Shown: positions 1 through 11,552, numbered from the stretch's first letter. The stretch is 64,000 nt of DNA from Ilumatobacteraceae bacterium (GCA_043773365.1 JAYVFI010000002.1:89815-153814); one strand, 5' to 3'. Notes: generated from the sequence alone by a model not told the origin. A program made the numbers and translations.

Positions 1-1884
<1,884 letters not shown>

Positions 1885-1893
1885 TCATTCAGG

Positions 1894-2448
1894 TCAGACG
1901 ACGTGAAACGTCCAGGTGAATGTGCGCGCACGTTGGCGCCCCTCGTCGACGCGCCAGTAGATCAACTGCACCGTGTGGTCTCCCGACTCGAACGTTTCGA
2001 TCGGAGCGCCGTCGCCGGGGGTGAACGTCAACGTGGAGTTGCCCGCCTCGTAGATCGTGACCGGCGGGATGTCGACCTGCTCGCCAGGTTCGACATCCAC
2101 ACGTTGCAAGGATTTGTCGTCGATGTCGAGCGTCGCGATCTCGATCCCGTCGATCACGAACACACCCGTGTGGCTGTCGGCCAGATCGGCGAAGACCTGG
2201 GTCTGGCGCAACGCCTGAACCGCTTCCGGAACGGGGTTGACGGCCTCGATCAGTGCTGGGAGTTTTGACTGTTCATCACCGGTGACACCGACGATCAATC
2301 CCCTCGCGATCAGCACCAGCCCGACTGCGATGGCCATGCTGACGAGCAGCAAGCCCTTGTCGACCCGGCGATTTCGACGAGCGAGCGGTGGGCCGATCAC
2401 GGAGTCGGTCGCCTGCTGCATCTGGTCCGAACCCGAATCCTGACTCAT
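1894..2448 (-). CDS. Hypothetical single-pass membrane protein with beta-rich extracytoplasmic part
   Basis: 184-aa ORF (alternative ATGs to 2460). N-terminal hydrophobic helix GLLLVSMAIAVGLVLIARGLIV. Start 2448 chosen from a CATGAT box 7 nt upstream. Confidence 0.75.
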   Translation of the reverse strand: MSQDSGSDQMQQATDSVIGPPLARRNRRVDKGLLLVSMAIAVGLVLIARGLIVGVTGDEQSKLPALIEAVNPVPEAVQALRQTQVFADLADSHTGVFVIDGIEIATLDIDDKSLQRVDVEPGEQVDIPPVTIYEAGNSTLTFTPGDGAPIETFESGDHTVQLIYWRVDEGRQRARTFTWTFHVV

Positions 2449-2542
2449 GGCCTCCATCATGCCGCGTCGGATGCCTGAGCGGGCACTGCCGAACGCGAGG
2501 CGTCACCCGCGGGACGAGGCGAGGCGGTAGCGTTCGGCCATC

Positions 2543-4702
2543 GTGGAATCCACCGACTTGCCCATCGGCCGCGCGACCGAGCCATCGCAACTCGTTGGCA
2601 GCCTGTTTGCCGACCGGTACCGACTGCTCCGTCTCGTTTCAGAAGGTGCCAATTCGGCGATCTACGACGCTTCGGACGAACAGACCGGACGAACGGTCAC
2701 GCTCAAGCTGGTACGACCCAAGCTGGCTGCATCGCCGTCGTTTCGGAAGCGCTTCGACGAGACGATGCGCGGCGTTGCCGCTCTCAGCCACCCGAACATC
2801 GCCGCCGTCTACGACTGGGGGGTGGCCCGCATGGGAGATACCTCGACGGCCTACCTGGTGATCGAGCACCTGTCGGGCGGGAGTGTGCGCGACATGTTCG
2901 ACCGCGGGCGCTACCTGACGCCTTCGCAGGCATTGGGGGTCGGGCTCGAGGCGTGCAAAGGTCTCGACTACGCTCACCGGCGCGGGTTCGTACACGGTGA
3001 ACTGACGCCGTCGAAACTGGTGTTCGGGGACGACCGGCGGCTCCGGATCGTCGACTTCGGGCTGGCCGGACTGCTCGGCGAGCAGGCGTGGACGAATCCC
3101 GAGAACGTGTCGACCCATGTTGCCTGGTATGCCTCGCCCGAGCAGGGGCTCGGCCAACCGATCGACGGCAAGACCGATGTGTATGCACTGTGCCTGTCAC
3201 TCCACGAGGCGGTCACCGGTTCATTACCGTTCGCTTCCGACTCGACGGTGCAGTCACTGACCGCTCGAATCGGCAAGTTGATGCCGGTTTCGGCCGACCT
3301 GGGGCCGTTGGCTTCGGTCTTCGAGCGGGCGGGACGTCCGGAATCCGCCGAGCGTTCGACAGCCGCCGAGCTCGGGAAGGGTCTCGTTGCGGCGGCGACC
3401 AACCTGCCTCGTCCGGAACCGCTCCCGCTGCTGTCGACCGGAATGTTCGAGATTCCCGTCGAACATCTCCGATCGCCGGATGATCCGACGGGTGGCGTGA
3501 CCCGCCCCGCGGGCGGGGTTCCTACCGAACCGCTGATCGTGGTGCCGATCGATGAACCAGACACCGATGATGGCGACGAGGTTCCCGACGATCAGGTCGA
3601 GTCCGGCCAGTTCGGCGTCCAGGATGGTCCGATCGGGGCGACCGATCTGGTGATCCTGCCTGTCGACGCCGATCTGCGCGATGACCAGCGCGATGACCAG
3701 CGCGGTGGGCGTCGACATGATCTCGACGGAACCGAGGCGACCAGGGTGCTCCCGACGGTGTTCGACGCCGAGCCGATCCGGCACCGGCGAATCCCTTGGA
3801 AGATCCTGATCGGTGTGCTCGTCGTCGCTGCCCTGGCGACATTGGGCTTGTTGGCGACGCAGTTGTTCCAGACACCGACCTACATCGTGCCCGACCTTCA
3901 CACGATGCCGGAGGCCGAGGCACGTAACGTCGTCGCCACCAACGGTTGGGTGATCAGCGTCGAACGCGAACGCAATGACGATGTGCCGGTGATCGGGCAG
4001 GTGATTCGAACCGCGCCTGGTGCGGGGGTCGAACTGGCCAAGGGTGAGCCGTTCCTGATCGTCGTCAGCGACGGGCCGATGCTGCGGGCATTGCCGGAAT
4101 CGACGGGAATGCTGCTCAGCGTTGCACAACCGGCGTTGTTGGATCTGAGGCTCGTTCCTGAGGTGACCCAGACCTTCGACGAGGTCGTACCCGTCGATAC
4201 CGTGATCTCGTGGTCGGTCCCCGGTGACCCTACGCTGACGGTCGGATCACAAGTCGAGCCAGGCACGATGGTCGAACTGGTGGTCTCGCAAGGCCCCGCG
4301 CCGCGCACCGTTCCAGCGCTCGTCGGTGTGCCCGTCGGTGATGCGCTGGCGCAACTGGAAGCACTGGCGTTGGCTGCCGTGCAGGGAGAACAGCAGTTCA
4401 GCGATGACATTCCGCTCGGCTCCGTGATCAGCCAGGGCATCGAGCCAAGCATCGAGGTACCGCGTGGGTCGGAGATTCCGATCATCGTGTCGAAGGGCGT
4501 CGATTCCGTGATCTTTCCCGATCTGACCGGCGCCGCCAATTTCGACCAGGCAGCCGAGTTGCTGCGAGCCGCCGGGTTCGGGCCGGTGCTGACGTTCGGT
4601 GATTCCCAGGGAGTGATCCAGTCGATCGAGATCGAGGGCCGCAGTCCCGAAGTCGGCGGTTCCTACCGTCGTGGAACAGTCGTCGACTTCGTCGCGCTGT
4701 AG
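2543..4702 (+). CDS. Hanks-type Ser/Thr kinase-like protein with TM helix and PASTA repeats; catalytic loop degenerate
   Basis: Kinase fold motifs (VTLK, HPNI, DFG, YASPE, DVY), acidic linker, TM WKILIGVLVVAALATLGLLA, then PASTA-like repeats (VPDL..M, VPAL.G, VS.GP). Confidence 0.9.
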   Translation: MESTDLPIGRATEPSQLVGSLFADRYRLLRLVSEGANSAIYDASDEQTGRTVTLKLVRPKLAASPSFRKRFDETMRGVAALSHPNIAAVYDWGVARMGDTSTAYLVIEHLSGGSVRDMFDRGRYLTPSQALGVGLEACKGLDYAHRRGFVHGELTPSKLVFGDDRRLRIVDFGLAGLLGEQAWTNPENVSTHVAWYASPEQGLGQPIDGKTDVYALCLSLHEAVTGSLPFASDSTVQSLTARIGKLMPVSADLGPLASVFERAGRPESAERSTAAELGKGLVAAATNLPRPEPLPLLSTGMFEIPVEHLRSPDDPTGGVTRPAGGVPTEPLIVVPIDEPDTDDGDEVPDDQVESGQFGVQDGPIGATDLVILPVDADLRDDQRDDQRGGRRHDLDGTEATRVLPTVFDAEPIRHRRIPWKILIGVLVVAALATLGLLATQLFQTPTYIVPDLHTMPEAEARNVVATNGWVISVERERNDDVPVIGQVIRTAPGAGVELAKGEPFLIVVSDGPMLRALPESTGMLLSVAQPALLDLRLVPEVTQTFDEVVPVDTVISWSVPGDPTLTVGSQVEPGTMVELVVSQGPAPRTVPALVGVPVGDALAQLEALALAAVQGEQQFSDDIPLGSVISQGIEPSIEVPRGSEIPIIVSKGVDSVIFPDLTGAANFDQAAELLRAAGFGPVLTFGDSQGVIQSIEIEGRSPEVGGSYRRGTVVDFVAL

Positions 4703-4717
4703 GCGGCCTCGGCTCCG

Positions 4718-5125
4718 TTACTCGGTGATGGCGATGATCTCGGCGGCGACCTGTTCGGTGAACTCGTTCGATGGGATGGCTGTTTGCATCGCCATCAGCT
4801 TCATCATGTCGCCTTGGATCTTGATCTTGCCGGCCATGAACGACTGCATCGCGATCGTCGGATCACGGTCGACGAACATCGCTCGCGCTGTCCCGTAATC
4901 GGTCATCAAGACCGCATCCGGCTCGTCGAGTTCGCCGAGTTCGAAGACGAGCGCACCTGAACTGGTGTCGATGAAGGCGTTGACGGTGCCTTCGCCGAAC
5001 GGAACTTCGGTGATCACCTGGTTGATCCGAATGCTCTGGGTGACCTCCGGCAATTGATCTTCGTAGCGTAGGCGGATCTCGCGCGCCGCATCGATCCATC
5101 CGTCCGACAAAAACAAGTGAGCCAT
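4718..5125 (-). CDS. SCP2 sterol/lipid-transfer domain protein
   Basis: MAHLFLSDGW start, MQSFMAGKIKIQGDMMKLM SCP2 signature; TACATT box 6 nt upstream of ATG 5125. The track's 5260 start overlaps the upstream gene. Confidence 0.88.
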   Translation of the reverse strand: MAHLFLSDGWIDAAREIRLRYEDQLPEVTQSIRINQVITEVPFGEGTVNAFIDTSSGALVFELGELDEPDAVLMTDYGTARAMFVDRDPTIAMQSFMAGKIKIQGDMMKLMAMQTAIPSNEFTEQVAAEIIAITE

Positions 5126-5145
5126 CCCGTGAATGTATCCCGGGA

Positions 5146-6681
5146 TCAGTTGACCTGGCGTTCGTAGCCTTCCCAGAATGGCGCCCGGAGCTTGAACTTC
5201 TGCAGCTTCCCGGTTGCCGTCCGTGCAAGTTCCGTTCGGAATTCGACTCGCTTCGGGCATTTGTACCCGGCCAGCTTCTGCTTCGTCCAGGCGATCACTT
5301 GCTCCTCCGTCAGCGCCGATCCGGGGGCCCGAACAACGAGGGCGGTCACCATTTCACCCCATTTCTCGTCGGGGATGCCGATCACGGCGACCTCGGTGAC
5401 CTCGGAGTGTTGGAAGATCGCGTCCTCGACCTCGATCGACGACACGTTCTCGCCACCGGAGATGATCACGTCCTTCTTTCGATCTGCGATCGTGACGTAA
5501 TTGAACTCGTCGATCGAGCCACCGTCGCCGGTGTGGAAGAACCCGTCGTGGATCGCCTCAGCGGTGGCGTCGGGTTGCTCCCAATAACCGGCCATCACCA
5601 TGTTGCCGCGGGTGAGCACCTCGCCGCTCTCACTGACGGCCATCTCGCAACCGATCACTGGCCCGCCGGCTCGATTCAGTTTGACTGCCCGGTCCCCCGG
5701 CGAGAGGTCGTCCCATTCGGCGCGAGCGCGATTCATCGTGATCAGGGGCGTCGTCTCCGTCAATCCGTAGATCTGGACGAACTCCCAACCGAGTTCGGTT
5801 GCGCAACGTTCGATCGTCCTCGTCGGGGGGGCTGCGCCTGCCACCACGATCCGGACCCGACCGTGGCCGGGGATCGGACCGTCCCAGGTCGTGGCGGCGT
5901 CGAGGATCATGTTGAGCACCGTCGGAGCGCCGCACATCAACGTGACGCCGTGCTCGTCGACCCGCCGCAGGATGTCCGCGCCGTCGACCTTGCGCAGGAT
6001 GACGTGTTTGCCACCGACCCCGGTCACGGCGTACAGCATCCCCCAACCGTTGCAGTGGAACTGCGGCAGTGTGTGGAGATAGACGTCGCGGTCGCTGACG
6101 CCCATGTGCCAGCCGAAGATCGATGCGTTCAACCACAGGTTGCGGTGGGTGAGCTGTACGCCTTTCGGCCGAGCGGTCGTGCCTGAGGTGTAGTTGATCG
6201 TGGCCGTGGCGTCCTCGTCGGCCACCCACTCGACCGGTTCGGTGTCGAATCGCATCAGGATCGCATCGCTTTCGGCGCCGATCGTCCACTTCATTGCGCA
6301 CTCGACGTCGGCCATCGCCGCCTCGAGCTCAGGGTCGACGAGCAGCACTCGGGCGCCGGAGTGGGCGACGATGTATTTGACCTCCTCGGCCGCCAGCCGG
6401 AAGTTGATCGGGACGAGGATTCGCCCCGATCCGGAGACCCCGAACAAGGCCGTCAGGAGTCGCGCCGAGTTGTGCGACAGGATCGCCACCCGCTCGCCCT
6501 GCTGGACACCGAACGCGTCGAGGCCGGCGGCGAGTGCCTTGGCTCGGCGCGCCATCTCGCGGTAGGTGATCGAATCCCATGATGCTGCGGGCTGTGTCGG
6601 TTCGTCGACAATCGCCGTCCGGTCTGGATACACCAGCTCGGCGCGCCGGAGGAAGTCGTTGACCGTGAGCGCAACTTTCAT
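5146..6681 (-). CDS. Acyl-CoA synthetase / AMP-binding ligase
   Basis: YTSGTTARPKG, YGLTE, FHTGD, DRKKDVIISGGEN, PDEKWGE and TGKLQK motifs. Confidence 0.95.
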   Translation of the reverse strand: MKVALTVNDFLRRAELVYPDRTAIVDEPTQPAASWDSITYREMARRAKALAAGLDAFGVQQGERVAILSHNSARLLTALFGVSGSGRILVPINFRLAAEEVKYIVAHSGARVLLVDPELEAAMADVECAMKWTIGAESDAILMRFDTEPVEWVADEDATATINYTSGTTARPKGVQLTHRNLWLNASIFGWHMGVSDRDVYLHTLPQFHCNGWGMLYAVTGVGGKHVILRKVDGADILRRVDEHGVTLMCGAPTVLNMILDAATTWDGPIPGHGRVRIVVAGAAPPTRTIERCATELGWEFVQIYGLTETTPLITMNRARAEWDDLSPGDRAVKLNRAGGPVIGCEMAVSESGEVLTRGNMVMAGYWEQPDATAEAIHDGFFHTGDGGSIDEFNYVTIADRKKDVIISGGENVSSIEVEDAIFQHSEVTEVAVIGIPDEKWGEMVTALVVRAPGSALTEEQVIAWTKQKLAGYKCPKRVEFRTELARTATGKLQKFKLRAPFWEGYERQVN

Positions 6682-6712
6682 GGCCGGAGACTAGAGCACG
6701 TGCAGACGCTCC

Positions 6713-6736
6713 GACCGTTCGGGCGCCCGAACGATC
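6713..6736. promoter_or_regulatory. Palindrome (perfect 18-bp core CGTTCGGGCGCCCGAACG) over the -35 region of the acyl-CoA synthetase promoter
   Basis: Perfect inverted repeat at 6716-6733, extended by GA/TC after one mismatch. Could be an operator or a hairpin terminator of the cupin transcript. Confidence 0.45.
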
Positions 6737-6790
6737 ACCCATCGAACGGACGACACTGCGGCGCCACAATGGCAACGCCAACGAGACCCG

Positions 6791-7330
6791 TCAGACGACC
6801 TTGGAATTGGGGCTTCCGACGAGCACGACCACCAACTGGCACGGTTCACTCCCTGGGTTCCTCCAGGCGTGGCGGGTGCCGTTCTGGACGACCGTGTCAC
6901 CCGGATGGAGCTCGACCTCGGTCCCGTCGTCGAGTTCCAGGATCACCGATCCGGACACCACGAACTCGTAGTCGACGGTTGCAGTCGTGTGCATGCCAGG
7001 ATGGTCGGGCTCCATGTGGGCGGCCATCCCCGGCAGGCTGGACTCCATCGCCGCCAACGCCGCCGCGACGTCGAGATCAGCCATGTTCACGTCGGTCTCG
7101 GGCGGCACGGTGAACAGCCCGAAGCGGAAACCACCGACCGGGGGGAAGTACGCGTGCGCAGACGGCATCGAACCGTCATCGGGGAATTGCGGCGGTGCGT
7201 CGGCGCCCCACAGCCGGAAGAACTCGAAACCCGGGAGCAACGCCAACTTGATCGGTTCGACCACTTCGTCACTGGCGACGATTGCCTTGCCGTCGGGGGA
7301 GTGGCCGGTCACCACGCGCCTGATTCCCAT
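6791..7330 (-). CDS. Cupin domain protein
   Basis: MGIRRVVTGH start after GGAGG; HTTATVDY..V.SG...L.LDDG..V.L.PGD.VVQNGT.HAW cupin motif. Confidence 0.92.
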   Translation of the reverse strand: MGIRRVVTGHSPDGKAIVASDEVVEPIKLALLPGFEFFRLWGADAPPQFPDDGSMPSAHAYFPPVGGFRFGLFTVPPETDVNMADLDVAAALAAMESSLPGMAAHMEPDHPGMHTTATVDYEFVVSGSVILELDDGTEVELHPGDTVVQNGTRHAWRNPGSEPCQLVVVLVGSPNSKVV

Positions 7331-7370
7331 TCCTGCCTCCTCGAACTTCGGGCGGCGCCGATTTCGGCCG

Positions 7371-7443
7371 CCGCCAACAGTACCGTCCGCCAACCGTACC
7401 GTCCGTCAACCGTACCGTCCGTCAACCGAACCGTCCGCCAACA
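7371..7443. repeat. 16-bp tandem repeat, about 4.7 copies (CCGTCCG[C/T]CAACCGTA)
   Basis: Units at 7383, 7399, 7415 and 7431 plus a partial unit at 7371; intergenic between amidase and cupin. Confidence 0.9.
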
Positions 7444-7480
7444 ATTCCTGCCGTGGCCACCGCTCGGTTCTGACTGCGGC

Positions 7481-7506
7481 GCCCTCCGTCGGGGCCGACG
7501 AGAGGC
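7481..7506 (-). terminator. GC-rich hairpin immediately after the amidase stop
   Basis: CGTCG-N4-CGACG core with flanking CTC/GAG pairing; no U-tract. Confidence 0.35.
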
Positions 7507-7508
7507 GG

Positions 7509-8945
7509 CTAGCGCGGTCCGGTGGTGAGCGGCCACGGACGGTTGCGTTCGACGGTCAACGCCAGATCGAGCAGCAGCTGCTCACTGAAGTGGCGACCGT
7601 TGATCTGCAACCCGATCGGGAGTCGGTCGATGAAACCGGCCGGAACCGAGATCGCCGCGTTGCCGTACAGGTTGGCGGGGAACGTCAATCGACCATTCAC
7701 CTTGACCCCTGCTTCGATGCCGCCGAACGTGTCGGGGAGCGGGCCCTCTGCGGCGAAGGCCACGTCGGGGTTGCTGGCCGTCATCACGAAGTCGACGCCG
7801 CCGGCATTGACGTCGAAGATCGCCGCCATGGCTTTGTTGAGTTCGACGCGTCGCCTCTCCAACTTGATCCGCGCATCGGCTCCGTACTGGCCCTGACCTG
7901 CCTCCATCGCCAGTCGGATCTCCGGCGTGAGGTCGTCGGCGCATGCCGGCCAGTGGTCTCGGAGCGAATCGATCAGACCCACCGAGTTGGCGACCGACCA
8001 GGCCATTCCCATACGCGGGAGTTGCGTGTCGACGCCCTCGACGCGGACCATCCCGCAATCGGCGATCAACTGATCGGCGGCCTCCTCCAGCAACTCCCAC
8101 ATCACCGGGGAGACGGTCGCCGCGCCCCAGGTCGGCACGACGGCGACGCGTTTGCCGCGGAGCTCTTCGGCGTGTGTGCCGAGGCCGGCTTCCCAACCTT
8201 CGACTCGCTGCAGGCTGAGCGGGTCGCGTGGGTCGTGACCGTTGCAGACGTCGAACCACCGGGCCGTATCGCGAACCGATCGGGACAGGCATCCGACGGT
8301 GACCGTGAGCGCGCCGACGTTTGCGTCAGGAGAGCGCGGGATCCGTCCATACGTCGACTTGAGCCCGACCAGCCCTGTGAATCCGGCTGGGATCCGAATC
8401 GAGCCGCCGCCGTCGCCGCCGGACGCCAATGTCACGAGTCCGCCGGCAACCGCAGCAGCGCTGCCCCCGGACGATCCGCCTGGTGTACGGCCGTGCCGCC
8501 ACGGGTTGTGGGTCGCGCCGTTGAGCACCGTCCTCGTGACGTTGACGCCCCCGAACTCTGACGCCGTGGTCTGGCCGACGAGTACCGCTCCGCCGATGTC
8601 GCGGATCCGGGCGACGTTGGTGCTGGTCTGCGTGGCGGTTTGATCTCGATAGACGACGCAGGCATGTGTGTGCGGCCATCCCGCCACTTGATCCAGTTCT
8701 TTGACCCCGATCGGAACGCCGCCGAACGGCCGCCAGATGTCGGTGTCGGCCGCCGCTGACCGGGCCTGCTCACGGTGGACGTTGGAGAAGGCGTTGAGCG
8801 TGCTCGCGTCGATCGCCGCCAGGGTCAATTCGAGCTCCTCGACGGGGGTGCGCTCGCCGGAACGGAATGCTTCGACCAGCGAACATGCGTCGCCCTGCCA
8901 CGGCGAACTGGTGTCGCCGTTCGAGCCTGCCGATTCGTCTGCCAT
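7509..8945 (-). CDS. Amidase signature (AS) family enzyme
   Basis: GVPIGVKEL, TPGGSSGGSAAAVA, GDGGGSIRIPA..GL.GLKST; start MADESAG with a TACCTT box 6 nt upstream. The track's longer start overlaps the divergent gene. Confidence 0.93.
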   Translation of the reverse strand: MADESAGSNGDTSSPWQGDACSLVEAFRSGERTPVEELELTLAAIDASTLNAFSNVHREQARSAAADTDIWRPFGGVPIGVKELDQVAGWPHTHACVVYRDQTATQTSTNVARIRDIGGAVLVGQTTASEFGGVNVTRTVLNGATHNPWRHGRTPGGSSGGSAAAVAGGLVTLASGGDGGGSIRIPAGFTGLVGLKSTYGRIPRSPDANVGALTVTVGCLSRSVRDTARWFDVCNGHDPRDPLSLQRVEGWEAGLGTHAEELRGKRVAVVPTWGAATVSPVMWELLEEAADQLIADCGMVRVEGVDTQLPRMGMAWSVANSVGLIDSLRDHWPACADDLTPEIRLAMEAGQGQYGADARIKLERRRVELNKAMAAIFDVNAGGVDFVMTASNPDVAFAAEGPLPDTFGGIEAGVKVNGRLTFPANLYGNAAISVPAGFIDRLPIGLQINGRHFSEQLLLDLALTVERNRPWPLTTGPR

Positions 8946-8991
8946 GTTGGCAAGGTAGTTGGCGGGAGTTGCCGCGTAGCATGCGGACGCG

Positions 8992-9798
8992 ATGGATTCC
9001 CGAGCGTTTCTTGGTCTTGAACAGAGCGACAACCGATTTCGTTGGACGCTGCCGGTCGGCAAGCATCTGTGCACGGGCGGAGGGTTCCTGTTCGGCGGCT
9101 GCGGGCTGGGTGCCGCGATCTCGGCGATGGAAGGCACCTCGGGTCGACCACTGGTGTGGGCGACGGCGCAGTACCTCTCGTACGCCAAGCCGGGCGAAGT
9201 GCTCGACATCGACGTGACGATCGCCGTCGAGGGCCATCAGATCACCCAGGCGCGAGCAGTCGTGCACGTCGGCAATCGTGAGATCCTGACCGTGAACGCA
9301 GCACTCGGGGATCGTCCTGGCCTGCCGACGGGCCAATTCGAATCGATGCCGGTGGTTGGCAAGCCGAATTCGTATGCAACACGAATTCATCACAGCCACT
9401 CGACCGGTGCGATTCACGATCAACTCGAAGAGCGCGTGATCAAGGGTCGTGAGTTGGCCGAGCGGGACGGCACACTCGGTGACGGACAAACCATCGTGTG
9501 GACCCGAATTCCTGACGTCATCCAAGGCGTCGACGCGGCCGCATTGGCCGTGCTCGGAGACTTCGTGCCGATGGGTGTCGGCCAGTCGCTGGGTATCAAC
9601 GGAGGCGGTAACAGCCTGGACAACACGTTGCGGGTGACCCACCTCGTGCCGACCGAATGGGTTCTGCTCGATATTCGGGTGCATGGCGTCGAACGCGGCT
9701 TCGGGCACGGTCTGGTGCACATGTTCGCCGAGGACGGGACGCTGATGGCAACCGCCAGCCAGAGCTGCATCGTGCGATTCTGGACCGACCAGGTGTGA
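8992..9798 (+). CDS. Acyl-CoA thioesterase (TesB-like double hotdog)
   Basis: LFGGCGLGAAI, WATAQYLS, SLDNTLR and GFGHG...F..DG.L.ATASQS motifs. Confidence 0.88.
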   Translation: MDSRAFLGLEQSDNRFRWTLPVGKHLCTGGGFLFGGCGLGAAISAMEGTSGRPLVWATAQYLSYAKPGEVLDIDVTIAVEGHQITQARAVVHVGNREILTVNAALGDRPGLPTGQFESMPVVGKPNSYATRIHHSHSTGAIHDQLEERVIKGRELAERDGTLGDGQTIVWTRIPDVIQGVDAAALAVLGDFVPMGVGQSLGINGGGNSLDNTLRVTHLVPTEWVLLDIRVHGVERGFGHGLVHMFAEDGTLMATASQSCIVRFWTDQV

Positions 9799-9831
9799 CG
9801 ACCGGCGGAGCCCTTCACTAGGGTCGACGGA

Positions 9832-10815
9832 ATGTCGTTGCCGACCCGCCCAGGAATGACCGTCCCGTTGCCGGGACCGCTCCATGCTCAACGCGACCGC
9901 CTCGTCGAACTCGCAGACCTGGGTTTCACCGACGTCTGGTCGGCCGAATCCGACGGGGGAGATGGGTTCACGCCGTTGGCGCTGGCGGCCGCATGGGAGC
10001 CGCGCCTGCGGCTCGGCACGGCGATCGTGCCGGCCTACACGCGAGCCCCGGCATGCATGGCGCAATCGGCGGCAACCATCGCCGACGCCGCCCCAGGGCG
10101 GTTCGCGATCGGAATCGGATCATCCTCGAACGTGATCGTCGAGCGCTGGAATGGCGTTCCGTTCGACCAGCCGTATCGCAAGGTCCGTGACATGGTCCGG
10201 TTCCTACGCGACGCATTCACCGGGGAGAAGGTCACGAAGCAGTACGACACGTTCGAGATCCAGGGCTTCCGGCTCGGGATTCGTCCCGAACAGACACCTC
10301 CGATCCTCGTTGCCGGTCTCCGGGAAGGCATGTTGAAGATGGCAGGTCGCGAAGCCGATGGAGCGATCACCAACTGGCTCTCACCCGAGGATGTGCCCAA
10401 GATCGCGGCAGCGGTGCGTGAGGGAGCCGGCGGCGACGAGAAGGAGCTGGTGGCGCGGATCTTCGTGTGCCCGAGCGAGAACGCCGAGGTGGTTCGAGCG
10501 GGCGCGCGGTTCGCGATCGCTGCCTACATGAACGTGCCGGTCTATGCCGAGTATCAAGAGTGGTTGGGTCGCGGCGAGATGTTTGCCGAGATGTGGTCGG
10601 CCTGGAAAGCCGGTGACAGGAAGGCGGCCTTGGCGGCGATCCCGGATGAGGCCGTCGATCAACTCGTCGTCCACGGCAGCCCGGAGCAGTGTCGGGAACG
10701 GCTGCAGGCGTACTTCGACAACGGCATCACGACCAGCTCGTTGGCGATTCTGGCGTTTGACCCAGACCTGAGTTTCTGGGACGCGGTCCGCTCGTTGGCA
10801 CCGAACACCGGATGA
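9832..10815 (+). CDS. LLM-class (probably F420-dependent) oxidoreductase
   Basis: VWSAE, RLGTAIVPAYTR, GRF.IGIG.SS and AGREADG motifs of luciferase-like monooxygenases. Confidence 0.9.
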   Translation: MSLPTRPGMTVPLPGPLHAQRDRLVELADLGFTDVWSAESDGGDGFTPLALAAAWEPRLRLGTAIVPAYTRAPACMAQSAATIADAAPGRFAIGIGSSSNVIVERWNGVPFDQPYRKVRDMVRFLRDAFTGEKVTKQYDTFEIQGFRLGIRPEQTPPILVAGLREGMLKMAGREADGAITNWLSPEDVPKIAAAVREGAGGDEKELVARIFVCPSENAEVVRAGARFAIAAYMNVPVYAEYQEWLGRGEMFAEMWSAWKAGDRKAALAAIPDEAVDQLVVHGSPEQCRERLQAYFDNGITTSSLAILAFDPDLSFWDAVRSLAPNTG

Positions 10816-10839
10816 GAGCCGGCGAGAGCTCGGTCGTTG

Positions 10840-11043
10840 CTATGCGGCGGTTGAGCGCTCGGGTCGACGGGCAGGGAGTTGGTGGACGGTGGCCTTGGCG
10901 GCTTGCCGGTCGGCGAGGAGTTGGCGGATCTCTGCGATGTGTTGCAGGCCGCGCCGACGAGTCTCCGCATCCAGCCGGAACTGCACGGGAACATTCGGCG
11001 ACGGCAGCAGCGTGAGTTGCTGGGGTGCGTCGTGGTTGGTCAT
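10840..11043 (-). CDS. Small hypothetical protein (67 aa)
   Basis: Fills the gap between LLM and STAS genes with no overlap; helical basic sequence QLTLL..FRLDAETRRRGL; CATGAT box 6 nt upstream. Confidence 0.6.
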   Translation of the reverse strand: MTNHDAPQQLTLLPSPNVPVQFRLDAETRRRGLQHIAEIRQLLADRQAAKATVHQLPARRPERSTAA

Positions 11044-11050
11044 GCCGTCA

Positions 11051-11446
11051 TCATGCGCACGGGGGTGTTGCAGAGTTGTCGGCGGATCCCGTCCGCCGCC
11101 GCTCCGGGTGTTTGGAAGACTCGAGGCGGCGAGTGAAGATGCCGAGTGACCGATCGGTCGGTATGGCGCGGAGCGCGGGGTGGAGCGGGTCGATCCCGAC
11201 GATCCGGACGCCGACGCGGCGCCGTTCCAGTTCGTCGATCATCGCCCCCAGCAGCCGTAACGTCTCCGAATCTGCGAGTATCGCATTGATCAGGTCGAGA
11301 TGGATTGCGTCGCCGTCGTCGTTCTCGTCGAGCACGTCCAACAATGCGTCGATCGTCGTGGCGTCGACGAGGCCGCGAACGGCGATCAGCCGAACTCCTC
11401 CGCCCGGGTCGTCGATCCGTGAAATCGCCACGGTCGGGCGTGTCAC
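11051..11446 (-). CDS. STAS (anti-anti-sigma-like) domain protein
   Basis: IAVRGLVD....ALL.......IHLDL....LADSETL.LL......RR.V.V.IVG pattern. Start uncertain: GTG 11446 after AGGT, or 11548. Confidence 0.65.
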   Translation of the reverse strand: MTRPTVAISRIDDPGGGVRLIAVRGLVDATTIDALLDVLDENDDGDAIHLDLINAILADSETLRLLGAMIDELERRRVGVRIVGIDPLHPALRAIPTDRSLGIFTRRLESSKHPERRRTGSADNSATPPCA

Positions 11447-11552
11447 CTCGATACCTGCGTTGTTGGCTCCCCGAGCGCGGTCCGTCACGAGCCGTCGATA
11501 CGTTCGGTTGAGTGGCGGGATCACGAGAGCCCGCAGCCGGGGGTACACAGGA

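Noticed and set aside
3680-3705. 12-bp duplication GATGACCAGCGC x2 in the kinase linker (DDQRDDQR)
   Set aside because: An ordinary in-frame slippage in a disordered linker.
7371-7443. Possible CRISPR array
   Set aside because: Units are contiguous 16-mers with no unique spacers, and no cas genes are present.
6987-10065. 524-aa (+, 6987-8561) and 431-aa (-, 8770-10065) ORFs
   Set aside because: They overlap the cupin/amidase and thioesterase/LLM genes on the opposite strand and have no recognisable motifs.
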